NCBI RefSeq assembly: GCF_008831285.2
Contig: NC_045138.2
Span: forward strand, 9,300,001-9,364,000
DNA: 64,000 nt
Origin: Nymphaea colorata
Lineage: Eukaryota
Direction of reading: 5' to 3'
Positions 51,584-64,000 of the stretch are shown here, piece by piece. Within the stretch, counting starts at the first letter, position 1, and each line of letters begins with the position of its first letter. The notes under the pieces are model-generated. The model was not told the DNA's origin. It did not search any database and saw only the letters and a list, made by a program, of their open reading frames with translations. The position numbers were made by a program, and so were the translations under genes.

Positions 51584-52262
51584 GCAAAATAGATTTTCAC
51601 TTCTACAATCCTCGACAACTGTAGCTACATTATGTAGCTAACAATGGGTTAACCCAAACTCATGGTTAATAAAAACCATATTTACCAAAATGAGCCAATC
51701 TACCAAAAAAGAGTTAAAGAAGAAGAAAGAAAGGAGAGGCAGATATGAGGGAGACCTAGTGGGTTTGACCTGGTATAACCATGGTGGCCTTCCCACAGGT
51801 TTATACCTCACATTTTCTTACCTTTCTCCAGACCTGGTGAAGGGTAAGTCTGTTACAGTTTCTCCAGTGACATAAGTGACCTGCGAAGATTAAGAAGGAA
51901 CAAGTGTAGAAGGAACAAGTGTAGCACCTGCGAAGTTGGGTGTGGTGTTGTCTAAGTAGATCCCCAACACCGAAAGCATCCATTGCTTTCCAGGCATTGC
52001 TCCACTGTGTGAGAGCAAACCCACTATCTCTCAGGCTATCGGCCGACTCCAAGACCAAGTTTCTCAATCCAAGTCTGGATAACATAGGTACCATATTCAA
52101 ACAAAGCTATGTGTACACACACATATATATATATAAAAAAAGAGAGAGGGAGAGAAAAAGACCAAGAGAGCAAGAGAGATTTTAGACTTGTGAAGGCCTA
52201 GGGCTGTTACAACACCTCCAATCCCAGAACCAACAATCACGAAAATCTTCAGAGACCTCAAG
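49770..52262 (-). pseudogene. FAD-dependent monooxygenase (MO2/MO3/CTF2-like), multi-exon, truncated
   Basis: Exons encode VIVGSGIGGVVTALGLH, LGLRNLVLESADSLRDSGFALTQWSNAWKAMDAFGVGD, VSRQMLVETL..LPDGTIRFGSKVVSI and VLIGCDGVNSVVAK. The start is damaged, exon 5 has a frameshift, exon 6 has a stop, and the C-terminal GD motif was not found. Confidence 0.9.
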
Positions 52263-52391
52263 AAGGAGGAAAGGAGAGAGAGAGTGAGAAGGAATGAATC
52301 TCGATAGAGAAAGTGAGAGAGATACAGGGAAAGTGTCATCTCAGACGCCATTTTATTTCAGGAGAAGCAAAGTTGCAATGAATCTTCTCTG

Positions 52392-55300
52392 TGTTGGGAT
52401 TTCTCCCCATTACGCATATACAAAACCAGACGTATATACCCTAAAACAGGATCATGCTCATGCTGAATCATTGAATCAAACATAACCTTAAACTTAAAGC
52501 GGAAGCGTACCTGAATCAATCTGATCTGGTGCACGGAAGATCGCAGCAGGGTCTTCCAGGGTACGTGCGGCGCGCTTGAGGTCTCTCTCAGATGGGGAAG
52601 AGGAAAACCTTAGAAACCAATGTTTCTAGGCAACCATTCCACGACCCCAGGGACCACTACCATTTTATAATAAAAACAATTACGGATTCCACCCATCAAA
52701 GAGTCCGTAATTCCGTACTAGTATCTATACATTTCAAAATTACCCCATACCATCTAAAATGACGTAATATCCCGAAATGCAATCACTTAAGCGGATATTT
52801 ACGTTAAGATAGCCATAATGTCTGAAATTCCTCATAGACATATGCCGGCCCACCAAATGATCTTACAATCTCCCACTTGGGCCAAATATGTTTTTATACA
52901 TTCAGACATTACACAAAACCTTAAGAGCTCATAACTGCTATCTTATTAAACGTCATTTCACCAATCTCATCCATGATCATATCAACACAGAACCAAAGCG
53001 GCTTTCGCTATATCAAAAGTTAGCTAAACCTTCAATGATCACAAATGTTAACATAACCAATGACATAGATCTGATATGGATGTATAGCATGAGAATTACA
53101 TGCGATGTGATTACAACATGTCTATTCTCAACTGGTTCAACTTTAAAACCTTATGGAGATCAAAACATAAACACAGAATGGAACCAAAGAACTTTAAACT
53201 TTATTCTGTAGAAAACTGAATATGTGTCCATACATAAGAGCAAACAAAATACAAACTCCCACTAAACCAGCACATCATCCAAGGATAACACTCCATACGA
53301 ACAACATGTTCGTGAAAGACCTTATGTGTTAAACTCTTGGTAAGCGGATCCGCAAATCATAGAGTTTGTCTCAATATGCTCTAAAGACACCTGACCATTC
53401 TGTATCCCCTCTTTAACAGCCCAAAAACTTAATGTCGATGTGCTTCGACTTTGACAAACTGTGGCTGTTATAAGAGTACATGACTGCTGAATTATTGTCA
53501 CACAACATCCTTAGTGGTCTTTCTATACCATACATAATGCGCAGCCTCGTGACAAAATTCTGCAATCACAAAACCTGATTGGATGCCATTATCTTGGCAC
53601 CCAGCAAAGTCAGAATCTGAATACCCAATGATCTCCCACTGGTCTGACTTCCTGTATGTAAGCATAAAATCTTATGTTCTTTTTAAGTACCTCAAAACTC
53701 TTTTGGCTACTTTCCAATGATCCATACCTGGATTACATAAGTATCTGCCTAACATTCCCACAATAAATGCAATATCCGGACGAGTACAAACCTGAGCATA
53801 CATAAGGCTTCCCACAACAGACGAATAGGGAATCCTTTCCATTTCCTTATATTCGATTTCACTTTTAGGGCACTATTGGAGACCAAACTTGTCTCCTTTA
53901 GCAACTGGAGTATCTCCTGGTTTACAATCCTTCATGCCGTATCGCTGAAGTACCTTATCAATGTAGGTCTTTTGTGATAATCCAAGAATACCCCAAGAAT
54001 GATCTCGAAATATTTGGATCCCCAAAACAAAAAATGCACAACCAAGATTCTTCATGTCAAACTTTGTTGACAAAAAAATTCTTAGTTTCATGCAATATGC
54101 CCACATCATTACTTGCCAGCAATATATCATCGACATATAAAACCAGAAAGATAAATTTGCCTCGCTCAAGTTTTGGTATACACATTCATCAACCATATTA
54201 GTCTCGAAACCAAATGAAACTATAATTTAATGAAATTTGTAATACCATTGACTGGAAAGTTTGCTTTAGTCCATATATGGATTTTCTTAGTGACATCTCT
54301 ACTTAATTTTCTTGAGGTTATTGAGTTTGTTCTTCAGTATGGAGATCGACATCATTGCCTTCTTCTGAATAGAGTGGACTCAGGTCCCTCTTCAAAGGCA
54401 ATACTTTTAACCTAATCACCTCCCCCAAACTCAATATCCTCAAAGAAATGGGCATTTCCCTTTTAAAGAAAAACTTACTGAATGGATTATAAAACTTATA
54501 ACCCCTTAATGTTTGTTCATTTTCTCTTTATACATACAATGCAAACATTGAAGTCTACAAAATCAAAGGGACTCAAGAATTCTATTCGACATAAGCCTTT
54601 TATTTTCTTTTCAGATATTTGTCCTAAGCGCCAATGCCATAACATAGCAGAATTCTCTTTGACTAATTTCTTTTAGTACCACTAAACGTAACATGCAAGG
54701 TTTCATGATATGAAGCAACCGTATCAAGCAAATAGAGGTTATAACAACTACACAAAGAACCAGTAGCAATCAAATTTGAATGCAGAAACAACTTAAATTT
54801 ATTTCCTCCAAATGAACAATAATAACCAAATTTGTCCAGTAAAGAAATAAAAAACAAATTCCGTCTAAAAGACGGTACTACATAAGTTTCTGTCAAATTC
54901 AAAAAACAACCAGTCTTTAACAATAACCCAAAAAATCTGCTATGGCTTCAATCTTCGCCTTCATGTCATCGCCCTCATAGATGAATCTTTCAGCATCAAT
55001 TGGCGTCTGACAATTTAGGCAGCCCTGCACAATAAACACTTATGTGAATAGTAGCTACCGAATCTACCCACAAGTGCCTTGGTACTGAAATTAAATTAAC
55101 CTCAGAACAAACCCAAAGTAAGAATCGTACCTTTCTTTTCACGCCATGCGTGATACTTAGTACAATCCTTCTTCATATGACCTTCATCCTTGCAAAAGAA
55201 GCAGCTTGATTTGCCTTCCTTATCCTTCTTTTGTTTCTTGATGGATGCGTGATCAACTGTAATTTCTTTAGCCGTCTTTCTTTTCTTACTTTTACCATGC

Positions 55301-58300
55301 GTGATACTTAGTACAATCCTTCTTCATATGACCTTCATCCTTGCAAAAGAAGTAGCTTGATTTGCCTTCCTTATGCTTCTTTTGTTTCTTGATGGATGCG
55401 TGATCAACTGCAATTTCTTTACCCGTCTTTCTTTTCTTACTTTTAGGCGTAGTAGCCAAGTGAGCACTTTCTATCCTATCATGCTTCAATCTCTCCTCTT
55501 CTTCCACACAGTGCGAAATGAACTCATTAAGAGTCCATTTCTCCTTCTGACAGTTATAACTAACTTTAAATTGTCCAAACTGTGGTGGAAGAGAAAGAAG
55601 AACCATATGCACTATAAAGTATTCAGGTAACCTCAGACCTAGTGCCTGTAATTTTGAAGCAAGATGAGACATTTTCATAATGTGCTCCCATATGTTCCCC
55701 TTTCCTTTAAACCTCAGCGTCACAAGTTTACTCAAAAGAGTGATTGTTTCAGCCTTTTCATTTTTAGCAAAACGTTTTTCAATCTCTTCAAGGAACGCCT
55801 TGGCACTAGCCTTTTTAGTAATAGAGCCCCTAAAATTTTCTAGGATTGATCTCTTCATGATCATTAGACACATGCGGTTTGAGCGTTCCCACCGTTCAAA
55901 GTACCGCTTATCCTCATGGGAACTTTGATCTGTTGGATGAGGTGGGCACGACTCCCTAAATGCAAGGTCAAGATCTATACAACCCAGAACAATCATGACA
56001 GTTTCTTTCCAGTCCTTAAAATTCGAACCATTTAACTCAGGAACAGTACTCAAATTTGCAGATATCATAGAAGCAGAACTCACTGTACAAAGAACAACAA
56101 AAATAACAAACATGCTCACAATCAATACATGTACAAAGATGAAACAACAAATATAAATGAATTTAAATACAATGGCCTAAATCTCATCACAAGGTACCAG
56201 TGCAACGTTAATATCCAATCTTTGGATTGAAATACTAACTGCAAGTGGTATTCTTGGTCAACAATGAATATGAATAATTAACCTTGTCAAATAACGAGTC
56301 TATCTTTGGATTGACTCGCTATTCACATGGAAACCTGAAAAATTATCACATATTCATTGCCCTGTATACTTAAACCTGACCAAACAACAATCCTCTTTTG
56401 GGCTGATCATTGTTCGCATGGATCAAGTATACTATCATCTAATGTTTAAAACAAGCAAATTCGTACAACAGAGGTCACTTTGGCGACATAAAGTACAAAC
56501 GTACTCATTTCAAACAACAGACATGGCCAAAGATCAAAATTCATAATCCGAACATTCATCTAAAGTACACCCATAATTTTAATAACATGCAAAACATGAT
56601 ACATGAATTAAAATTTACATACAAAATTTGTCATTCATTGAATCCAAAACTTGATGCATAAAACAAATTACCATACGCGTATGCCCTACATTAAATCCAA
56701 AACCAAAATGATTCAATGAAATGAGCCCAAAAGAGTCCAAAACTTATAAACCAGTATCATAATCGTGCTTAAGAGGGTCAAGAACTACTGAATCGACCTT
56801 AAAATGGCCCGTATCGTTCTTAAACCACAATTAGAACACCCACATACCCCTACAGAGGACTGAACCAGTCTAAAAATTGGACGTACCGGTCAAAAATAGA
56901 CCGTATCGGTTCTAAAACCCACTGAACCGGTTAAAATTGGCCCAAAAACGGTTCCAGAACTCAATGAACCGGTCTGAAAAACCCTGAATCGGTCTAAATA
57001 TCAAGTGAACCGGTCTGAAAATGCCCGAATCGGTTCGAAAATCAACTTAATCGGTTCTGAAATGCTAGAATCGGTTCCAAAACTGAATGAACCGGTCCCA
57101 AAATGGTCTGAATCGGATCTGAAAGGTCTGAACCGGTCCCTAGAAGGTCCGAACCGTTCTGAATCGGACCGAATCGGTTCTGAATCGTATTGAACCGGTC
57201 TGAAACCGAATGAACCGGTTCGAGTCTTTTCCAAAACCGGTTTAAAAAATATGAACCGATTTACTTAAACCAAACGGACCCGATCGGTCCGAAAAATAAA
57301 ACGCAGGGGCTCGGGCGCGAGGCGGGAAAAAGTTTTTTTTTTTTTTTTTAAATCACGATGGATCCGGATCGGGTCTGTCAAGACCCGACCCGGTCCGACC
57401 CAGCTCGACCGCCCGAGCGTCGCGGGCGTCGCCTCCACCGCTCGCCTGCCGAACGGCAGGCGGGCGGTGAAGCTCCACCGGCAGGCCACCCAACACCGTG
57501 GGTGGCCGCCGGCGGGTGCCGCCAGCGTTGCCGGACGTCGGCCGCCACGATGGCGGGCCGACGCCCGCCGGAAACCGGCCGATTCCTGTCGGTTTCCCCT
57601 TCTGCTACAATCTGCCCCTTTTTCTGGATGGTTGGGCGGCTGTAACAGCCGCAGGAAGGCCACCGGCTGGCCACCCAACGGCGTGGGTGGCTGCCGGCCG
57701 GTCGCGCCAGGACAGGGAGGTCAGCCGTCGCCCAACGGCCGGCCGACGCCCGCCTGGGCGGCCTGAAATCTGCCGCCCCTGGATGCCGTCGCCTTCCCAG
57801 TCGTCCCCTTTTCGTGCTTCTTCCTCTTTCGTGTCTGCGACGGAGGCGCGGAGGGCACCCAACGACGTGGGTGCCGCCGGCAGGAATGCACCGGAGGCTC
57901 GCCGTTGCCCAACGGCAACCGACGACCGCCGATCCAGCGTCCCCTTCACCGATCCTCTTCAGTCCACAGACAGCTGCAACAGAAGCCCGACGGCTTCCGT
58001 CGCACGCCCTCAACCCTAAATTTTTTTTTTTTTTTTTTTGAAAAACTTGGTGCCGAAGAACCAAATGGGAAACATCCGAACGGGAAGAACGCACAAAAAA
58101 TCATCCAAAAGATCAACGATTCAACAACAAACATAGGCTCTGATACCAAATGTTGGGATTTCTCCCCATTACGCATATACAAAACCAGACGTATATACCC
58201 TAAAACAGGATCATGCTCATGCTGAATCATTGAATCAAACATAACCTTAAACTTAAAGCGGAAGCGTACCTGAATCAATCTGATCTGGTGCACGGAAGAT

Positions 58301-58626
58301 CGCAGCAGGGTCTTCCAGGGTACGTGCGGCGCGCTTGAGGTCTCTCTCAGATGGGGAAGAGGAAAACCTTAGAAACCAATGTTTCTAGGCAACCATTCCA
58401 CGACCCCAGGGACCACTACCATTTTATAATAAAAACAATTACGTTTTCCACCCATCAAAGAGTCCGTAATTCCGTACTGGTATCTATACATTTCAAAATT
58501 ACCCCATACCATCTAAAATGACGTAATATCCAAAAATGCAATCACTTAAGCGGATATTTACGTTAAGATAGCCATAATGTCTGAAATTCCTCATAGACAT
58601 ATGCCGGCCCACCAAATGATCTTACA
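52392..58626 (-). mobile_element. Full-length non-autonomous copia element, copy 2 (same family as 21637-27482)
   Basis: 476-bp LTRs at 58151-58626 and 52392-52867, TSD ctctg on both sides, PBS at 58136-58148, PPT at 52868-52880, and the same pol deletions as copy 1. Confidence 0.97.
55292..56082 (-). CDS. gag: Copia Gag of copy 2, ended early by a 151-bp tandem duplication
   Basis: The ORF is nearly identical to copy 1 gag and has the acceptor tttgtacag. It ends KYHAW* at the duplication junction. Confidence 0.8.
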
Positions 58627-60420
58627 CTCTGAGGACGCAAAACACTGCATCAGAATAGATTTGTTTTCACCGATGGTCAGTGTTAGTGCCATGACACGCT
58701 AAAGCTGACCCTGTCAAGACCATGTAGGGATGGTGTTAATTTGTCCGATTATTTAGGAGGCCTTTTGGCTACAACAACTGTTTGTTATTGAATCTTCTTC
58801 AATCTTTAAAGCAGATTCATAAAATAACAAGAAAATGTTAACATCGTCAAGCAGCCCCTTATGCTCCATAGAGAGAGACAACTCTAAGCTTAACACCAAT
58901 TCTATAATAGAGAATTTGAATCCGTATTCTAAGACTTCGACAGCCATAATTTGTTTACTTATCTATGGTTTCAAAGGAGTTTAACTTTCAGCAAAGAAAA
59001 CCCACCCGGTGTGGACCCACTTATATAAATTTCCACTTTTTGTGTGGACTCAGCGATTTAGGTTAAGATTTACCCATGAAAATATCCATCGAACCACAAA
59101 CTACATGACATTCAGTACTCGTGTTTAGGGAGTGATTGATTATTCTAACCAACTGCAATTAAAGAACCAGAGATTTGATTTCCTCGTCATGTTTCGAATC
59201 CATGGGATTGAGGATCTAAAAACTTGAGTCTAAGATCCCAAAATGACGTATCACTCTTGGTCGTAATCGAACGGCTGACCTGGAACATCTCCTTTCTTGG
59301 CCATTGGCATCGTGCAACCATGAGAATGGTACCCATATAACATAGACAAAATAAGTTCCCGAGATTTCATCTTGCTCTTAACTCCTAGTCAATGAGCAGA
59401 CATTCGTTTTTTTTTTTGGGTCTTTTTTTAGATCAAACCTTCAATATGTGGGATGTAAAAGATTGGTGATTCACAAATATATAAAAAGTTTGATATCTGA
59501 AAAAAAAGAAAAAGTCACACTCTCACATCATCAGGGAAAGACAACCCAAGTTTAACTCTACCAAAATAAACCGCATTAAAATAGTAACACCAATCTTCAG
59601 ATTGTACTCAACTTGCAAATTTGATTTTTCCCTTACTAAAAACAAATTGCATATGTTTGTGACAAAAAAATCAAAAAATCGTCGTAAGCACTTTTTTTGA
59701 TGTACAAAGATTTAAAAGCTGAAGAGTTGCAATTTGATGAGGCCTGGTGTCTTGACATGTAACTCGAGCTTACATGTGACAAATGATATTTAAGTCACTT
59801 GTATTAAATGGTCTGGCTGGCATGGAGTACGCGATTTTAATTGAGAAAGTGTTACTGAGCTAAAAGAGCCTCGGAGCCCTATATATAGAAAACTCGTCAG
59901 TTTGTTGTGAAAAAAGTTATGTGAAGTTTCATTCAAGAACCACCAATAAATGTTGGATCCCCTTTGAAAACAGATTTGCTTTTTTGACCATTGACTTAAA
60001 AAAGCAATCACATAAAAATTCCATGATCTCGTAGCCTCACTTTTCACAATAAAAATTTTATATAACAAAATCGACTTGATTTTTGGTTCACGCAATTCGA
60101 GAATACATAAACTTCGAAAAAAAAATCAGCCACAAGCTAACAAGATTGAGAAAAAATGGAAGATTTCATATGGTAAAAAAAATGAATAAAAGAATGTGCT
60201 GCTCCGTCAGTTAATTGTACAATAGGTTACTAAATAAGGTCAATTTCTCTGAAACTAAAGACCTACAAGACATAAAGCCGCGCGAGAAAACCGGCCATCA
60301 TAGAGAATAAAAATACAAATTTCGGGTTAAGAATTAAAAAGACTAACAACAAACATGAACTTGAGAGCAGGCATCCAGGAAAAGCATAAAGTATAGAACT
60401 GCTCCAAGATGATCAACCAG

Positions 60421-61045
60421 CTATGCAGCTACAGTGCCGACAGCTACATTAACTGAACCATTAGATCCACGACCCCTTCCACGTCCAGGTCCCCTGCCAC
60501 GACTGTGCCTTGCAATAGTGTGAAACAAGCCTGGCATTGTAAATTACAAAAAGCGCATTCGGAGCAAGACTATTTTTGAAGTTAGCAGGATGCACCTGCG
60601 CCACCTCCACCATAGACAGGTGCTTCATCATTAAGCATTGGTTTCATGATGGGTATCAGCTGGGCCACCACAGCTTCTCCCACGTCCACGGTAGCCACCA
60701 CGCCCATGACCGCAGTTGTATCCTTGGCCTCTGTCCCAGCCACCATTCACGTGTTCACTGCCAGCATCACCATTTCCTGCAACCCATTCAATAATCAGAG
60801 ACAGCATACCAATAAAACACTACAGACTTGAGAAAATTAAAGGGACTGCCTTTACCTCTCCCTCATCCCCGTCCACGAGAACCACGACCTCTACCACCTC
60901 CACCAGGAGAGGCCTTTGAAAATATTGAAGCCTGTAGAGACTTCTATTTAACTAGTGTTCGAAGCACACAAGATAGTTTATACCTTCTCCATAATCAAAG
61001 TCATTCAATGGCTTGACTTGATCTGCAGGTAAACGTGGTTGGTAT
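60421..61045 (-). pseudogene. Alba/RPP25-like RNA-binding protein, 3' exons only, pseudogene
   Basis: Exon 61045-60984 reads YQPRLPADQVKPLNDFDYGE with AG/GT borders. It is followed by RGG exons (SPGGGGRGRGSRGRG*GRG; GGWDRGQGY..GRGGYRGRGR..DEAPVYG; GRGRGRGSNGSVNVAVGTVAA*) containing a stop and a frameshift. Confidence 0.82.
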
Positions 61046-61286
61046 CTGCATAAGAACATAAATGTATTGTGAATTCAAGGAGCAAATAATAATCAAAGTC
61101 ATTCAACAGCTGTTCGTTTGCCTACTTAATAAAAGAAGAAATCCCAAGTATATCTGACAAAGAAACTTCTTCACATGGATCAAAGAGTGATAGTTGGACC
61201 AAGTCACAAGAATTGGGAAGGCTCCACTCGAGCCCAAGAACCAGAAGTCTCCACTAGGTGCATTATAGATCCTATCCAGTCCTGCA

Positions 61287-62296
61287 TAAGCCTGGGCACC
61301 GGGCCGGGCTGCCGCTGGGTACCCGGTACCTGGCCCGGCTCGGGACCGGGCCCAGGCTAGAGGGCCCTAAAAAACCAATTTTGGGGGTTGCCTTATCGGG
61401 CCCAGCCGGGCCCGTTACTTTAACGGGTCAGGCTCGGGATTGAATGTGTTACCGTTGACGGCCCGATATGGCCCAATAAATGCGACTAAGTAAAATAAAT
61501 AAAGGTTATGGTTGGTTTTCATTACGCCGCGAGCTTCTTGCCTTTGGCGGTGGTGGGCGGGAGGGAGACAGTCTTCCGGTTGGTGAAGAAGCCGCCAAAG
61601 ACGACGGGGCGGTTCTGAGAAGGAACCCTGTGGCCATAGAATACATTGTACTTCTTAGGGATGGTAGAGAGCGGCATCTTCAAATCTGCAGGTTCTCTTC
61701 GCTCCTCTCCTTCCTTCCTTCCCACTACATCTGGTTCGATATTCGGAGTTTGCCGAAGGGGCAGCACATTTGAGATATCAAATCCGAGTGTCGTTTCCTT
61801 GGTCGAAGGCGTGGTGCGATGGGTCCTTTGATGATGACAGTGCTTCTTCATCTGAGTTTCTCGCCGGCACTTGTATTCCTTAACCATGTTGTCTAAGTCA
61901 GAACTTCTGTTGTGGAAATCATCTAGGTCTCTGTTAATCTCCATGGCAAACTCTAATGGGTGTTCGACTGTTCGCTTAATCGCTTCCAAAAGAAGATGAA
62001 AATAGGGGAGAAAAGAAACGGAAAAAAAAGTGGGAAAAAGCTTGAAAGGTGGTTGAGCGAGACCCTTCAGGGCAGCAGGGAAAAGCAGAGAGAGAGGGAA
62101 CCTTCACGGCAGCACCAATCGGGCTGGGCTGGGCCTCGAGCATGATCTCAAGCCCGAGACCCGATACTTCATTGGCCCGGCCCGGCCCGGTTAAAAACGG
62201 GCCGGGTTTCGGGCTGGCCCGATAGCCTTAATGGGCTTAACTTTTGTCACTTTTTTCGAGTCGGGCCGGCCCAGTCCGGCCCGATGCCCACCCCTA
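61287..62296. mobile_element. hAT-type non-autonomous element (GGCCC-rich ends) with an internal ORF
   Basis: Perfect 8-bp TSD gtcctgca at 61279-61286 and 62297-62304, imperfect TIR TA....TGGGCA.CGGGCCGG and GGCCCG subterminal arrays. A related end lies at about 19199-19280. Confidence 0.9.
61522..61944 (-). CDS. Unknown 140-aa ORF inside the hAT element
   Basis: Uninterrupted ORF, open up to 61989, with protein-like composition (MEINRDLDDFHNRSSDLDNMVKEYK...). No domain recognised. Confidence 0.4.
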   Translation of the reverse strand: MEINRDLDDFHNRSSDLDNMVKEYKCRRETQMKKHCHHQRTHRTTPSTKETTLGFDISNVLPLRQTPNIEPDVVGRKEGEERREPADLKMPLSTIPKKYNVFYGHRVPSQNRPVVFGGFFTNRKTVSLPPTTAKGKKLAA

Positions 62297-62379
62297 GTCC
62301 TGCATTGATGAAATGGAAAGAACCATTTGTTGAATTTAGAACAAGGGCAAGAGTAACCTTGTTTTGATGCCCAGCCCTA

Positions 62380-64000
62380 GTTCAATAAAATGGTGCTTGA
62401 GTTCAGTGTGTTTTGTCCTTCCATGCAGTACAAGATTCTTTGCCATAGAAATAGTAGCCTTGTTGTAACAAAAAAAATTAATTAATTGAGTCGGTTGAAT
62501 TTGCATATCTTCAAGGATGCACCTCATTCAAATAGCTTGACAAGTTTCAGCAATTGCACATATTATGCTTCAAAAGGTGAAAGTGTTACAAAATTTTACT
62601 TTTTTGAACTCCATGACACTGCATCATATCCAAGAGTGAAGGCATACTTGCTCATACTTTTTCTGTCATCCATTGTACCTGCCCAATCACTATCAGAAAA
62701 ATCATACAATTTAAAACTAGTGACTGGTTTAAACCCAATCACTATCAGAAAAATCATACAATTTAAAACTAGTGACTGGTTTAAACCAGATGCCAAAATT
62801 TAAGGTTCCTCGAATATAGTGCATTATTATTCCTATAGCTCCAAGATGATAAACAGTTGGATTATGCATAAATCTAGAAACTAATCAAACTGCAAACATA
62901 ATGTCAGGTCATGTATGAGTTAGATATATTAACGCACCCACAATGCTCCAAAAATATGACTCATTTGCTTTGGTTGTTCCATCATCAATTTTAAGATTCT
63001 CTCTTGCATTCATTGGAGTATAACTGCTCTAACACTTATCCAAGTTAATTTTTTTCAACAAACCTGCTACATATTTTTCTTGAGAAGTAAATATCTCATC
63101 AATAGTCTACCTCATCTAAAGACTCAAAAATTAGTGCAACGTTCCCAAATCTGACATCTCAAACTCCTTCATCATTTTTAACTTAAACTAATCACACAAT
63201 TTATTTGAAGAGCCAGTATAAATAATATCATCAACATATACGCAGACATACAAAAACTCAATAATTTTCAATTTTATATATAATGTGGGCTCATTTTCAC
63301 TTTGACGAAAACCATTTTGATGGAAATATGAGTCTAACTAACTATACCAAGTTTGATGTGCGTGTTTCAAGCTACACATGGCTTTCTTTAATCTATACAT
63401 TTTCTTTTCTTGACCATCAACGACATAACCTTGAGGTTGATCAACATAAACTACTTTATCTAAGTATCCATTTCAAAAAGCTGATTTAACATCAAGTTGA
63501 AAAACTGGCCTTCCCTTTTGTGCAACCACTACAAGAATCAATCTAATAGTTTCAAATCTAGCCATAGGAGAATATGTTTCAAAAAAATCAACTCCATATT
63601 TTTGAACATATCCTTTGGCTACCAACCTAGATCTATATTTTTTAACATTCTCAGTCTCGTCATATTTTATTTTAAAAACCCATTTTAAATTAATTTGAGT
63701 TTTTTTAGGTGGTAAATATATTAATTCCCATATATCATTTTTCTCAATAACATGCAATTCTTCTTCCAAGGATTTTTCCACTCATCATTTTCACAAGTTC
63801 CTTCATAACTCAATGGTTCGACCACCACAAGTGCAAAAATGCACATTTATAGATATCTTTTAGAGAGTGTACCTTTCTTGATTATGTTTCTTCATCACTT
63901 GATTCTTCACCATCATTATTTGGGGGACGTGTGGAGCTAGATTGGAGATGTTCCTCTTTACTTTGACCAAATGCACTATGGTCGAACACCAACTGCTTGG
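62380..64000 (-). mobile_element. Degraded Ty1/copia RT-RNase H region running off the window
   Basis: Motifs LKWVFKIK..RLVAKGYVQKYGVDF.ETYSP.AR, QLDVKSAF, YVDD, FSDSDWAG..DDRKS and LHGRTKH, plus a 52-bp tandem duplication at 62682/62734. Confidence 0.92.

Noticed and set aside
57265..58293. 238-aa and other overlapping ORFs
   Set aside because: Same GC-rich leader in copy 2. No domain was found and indels differ from copy 1.
58753..58947. 64-aa minus ORF next to the LTR
   Set aside because: No motif, splice support or homologue could be recognised.

Overview
This is AT-rich, repeat-dense flowering-plant nuclear DNA (species not determinable from the window). It is dominated by transposons, decayed genes and a mosaic of local duplications. 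Retroelements: a degraded Ty1/copia element (1-5743), two full-length copies of a non-autonomous copia family that keeps only gag (21637-27482 + and 52392-58626 -, both with 476-bp LTRs and 5-bp TSDs), LINE fragments, a solo LTR and a further copia remnant at the right edge. DNA elements: several hAT-type TIR elements, two of which carry cargo. Pseudogenes: an LRR receptor kinase, an FAD monooxygenase, an Alba/RPP25-like gene and a PUB42-like ARM fragment. One small three-exon gene looks intact (36207-36837, -). It resembles plant ZFP36/TTP-like CCCH proteins but lacks the finger cysteines. The most striking signal is an architecture shared by two copia families whose LTRs are otherwise dissimilar. 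The gag start codon appears to lie inside the LTR and is joined in frame to gag by a phase-1 intron. That intron would remove the PBS and an array of long stem-loops with CAAA-type loops. All coordinates were read by eye, and family assignments come from recalled motifs, not database searches.
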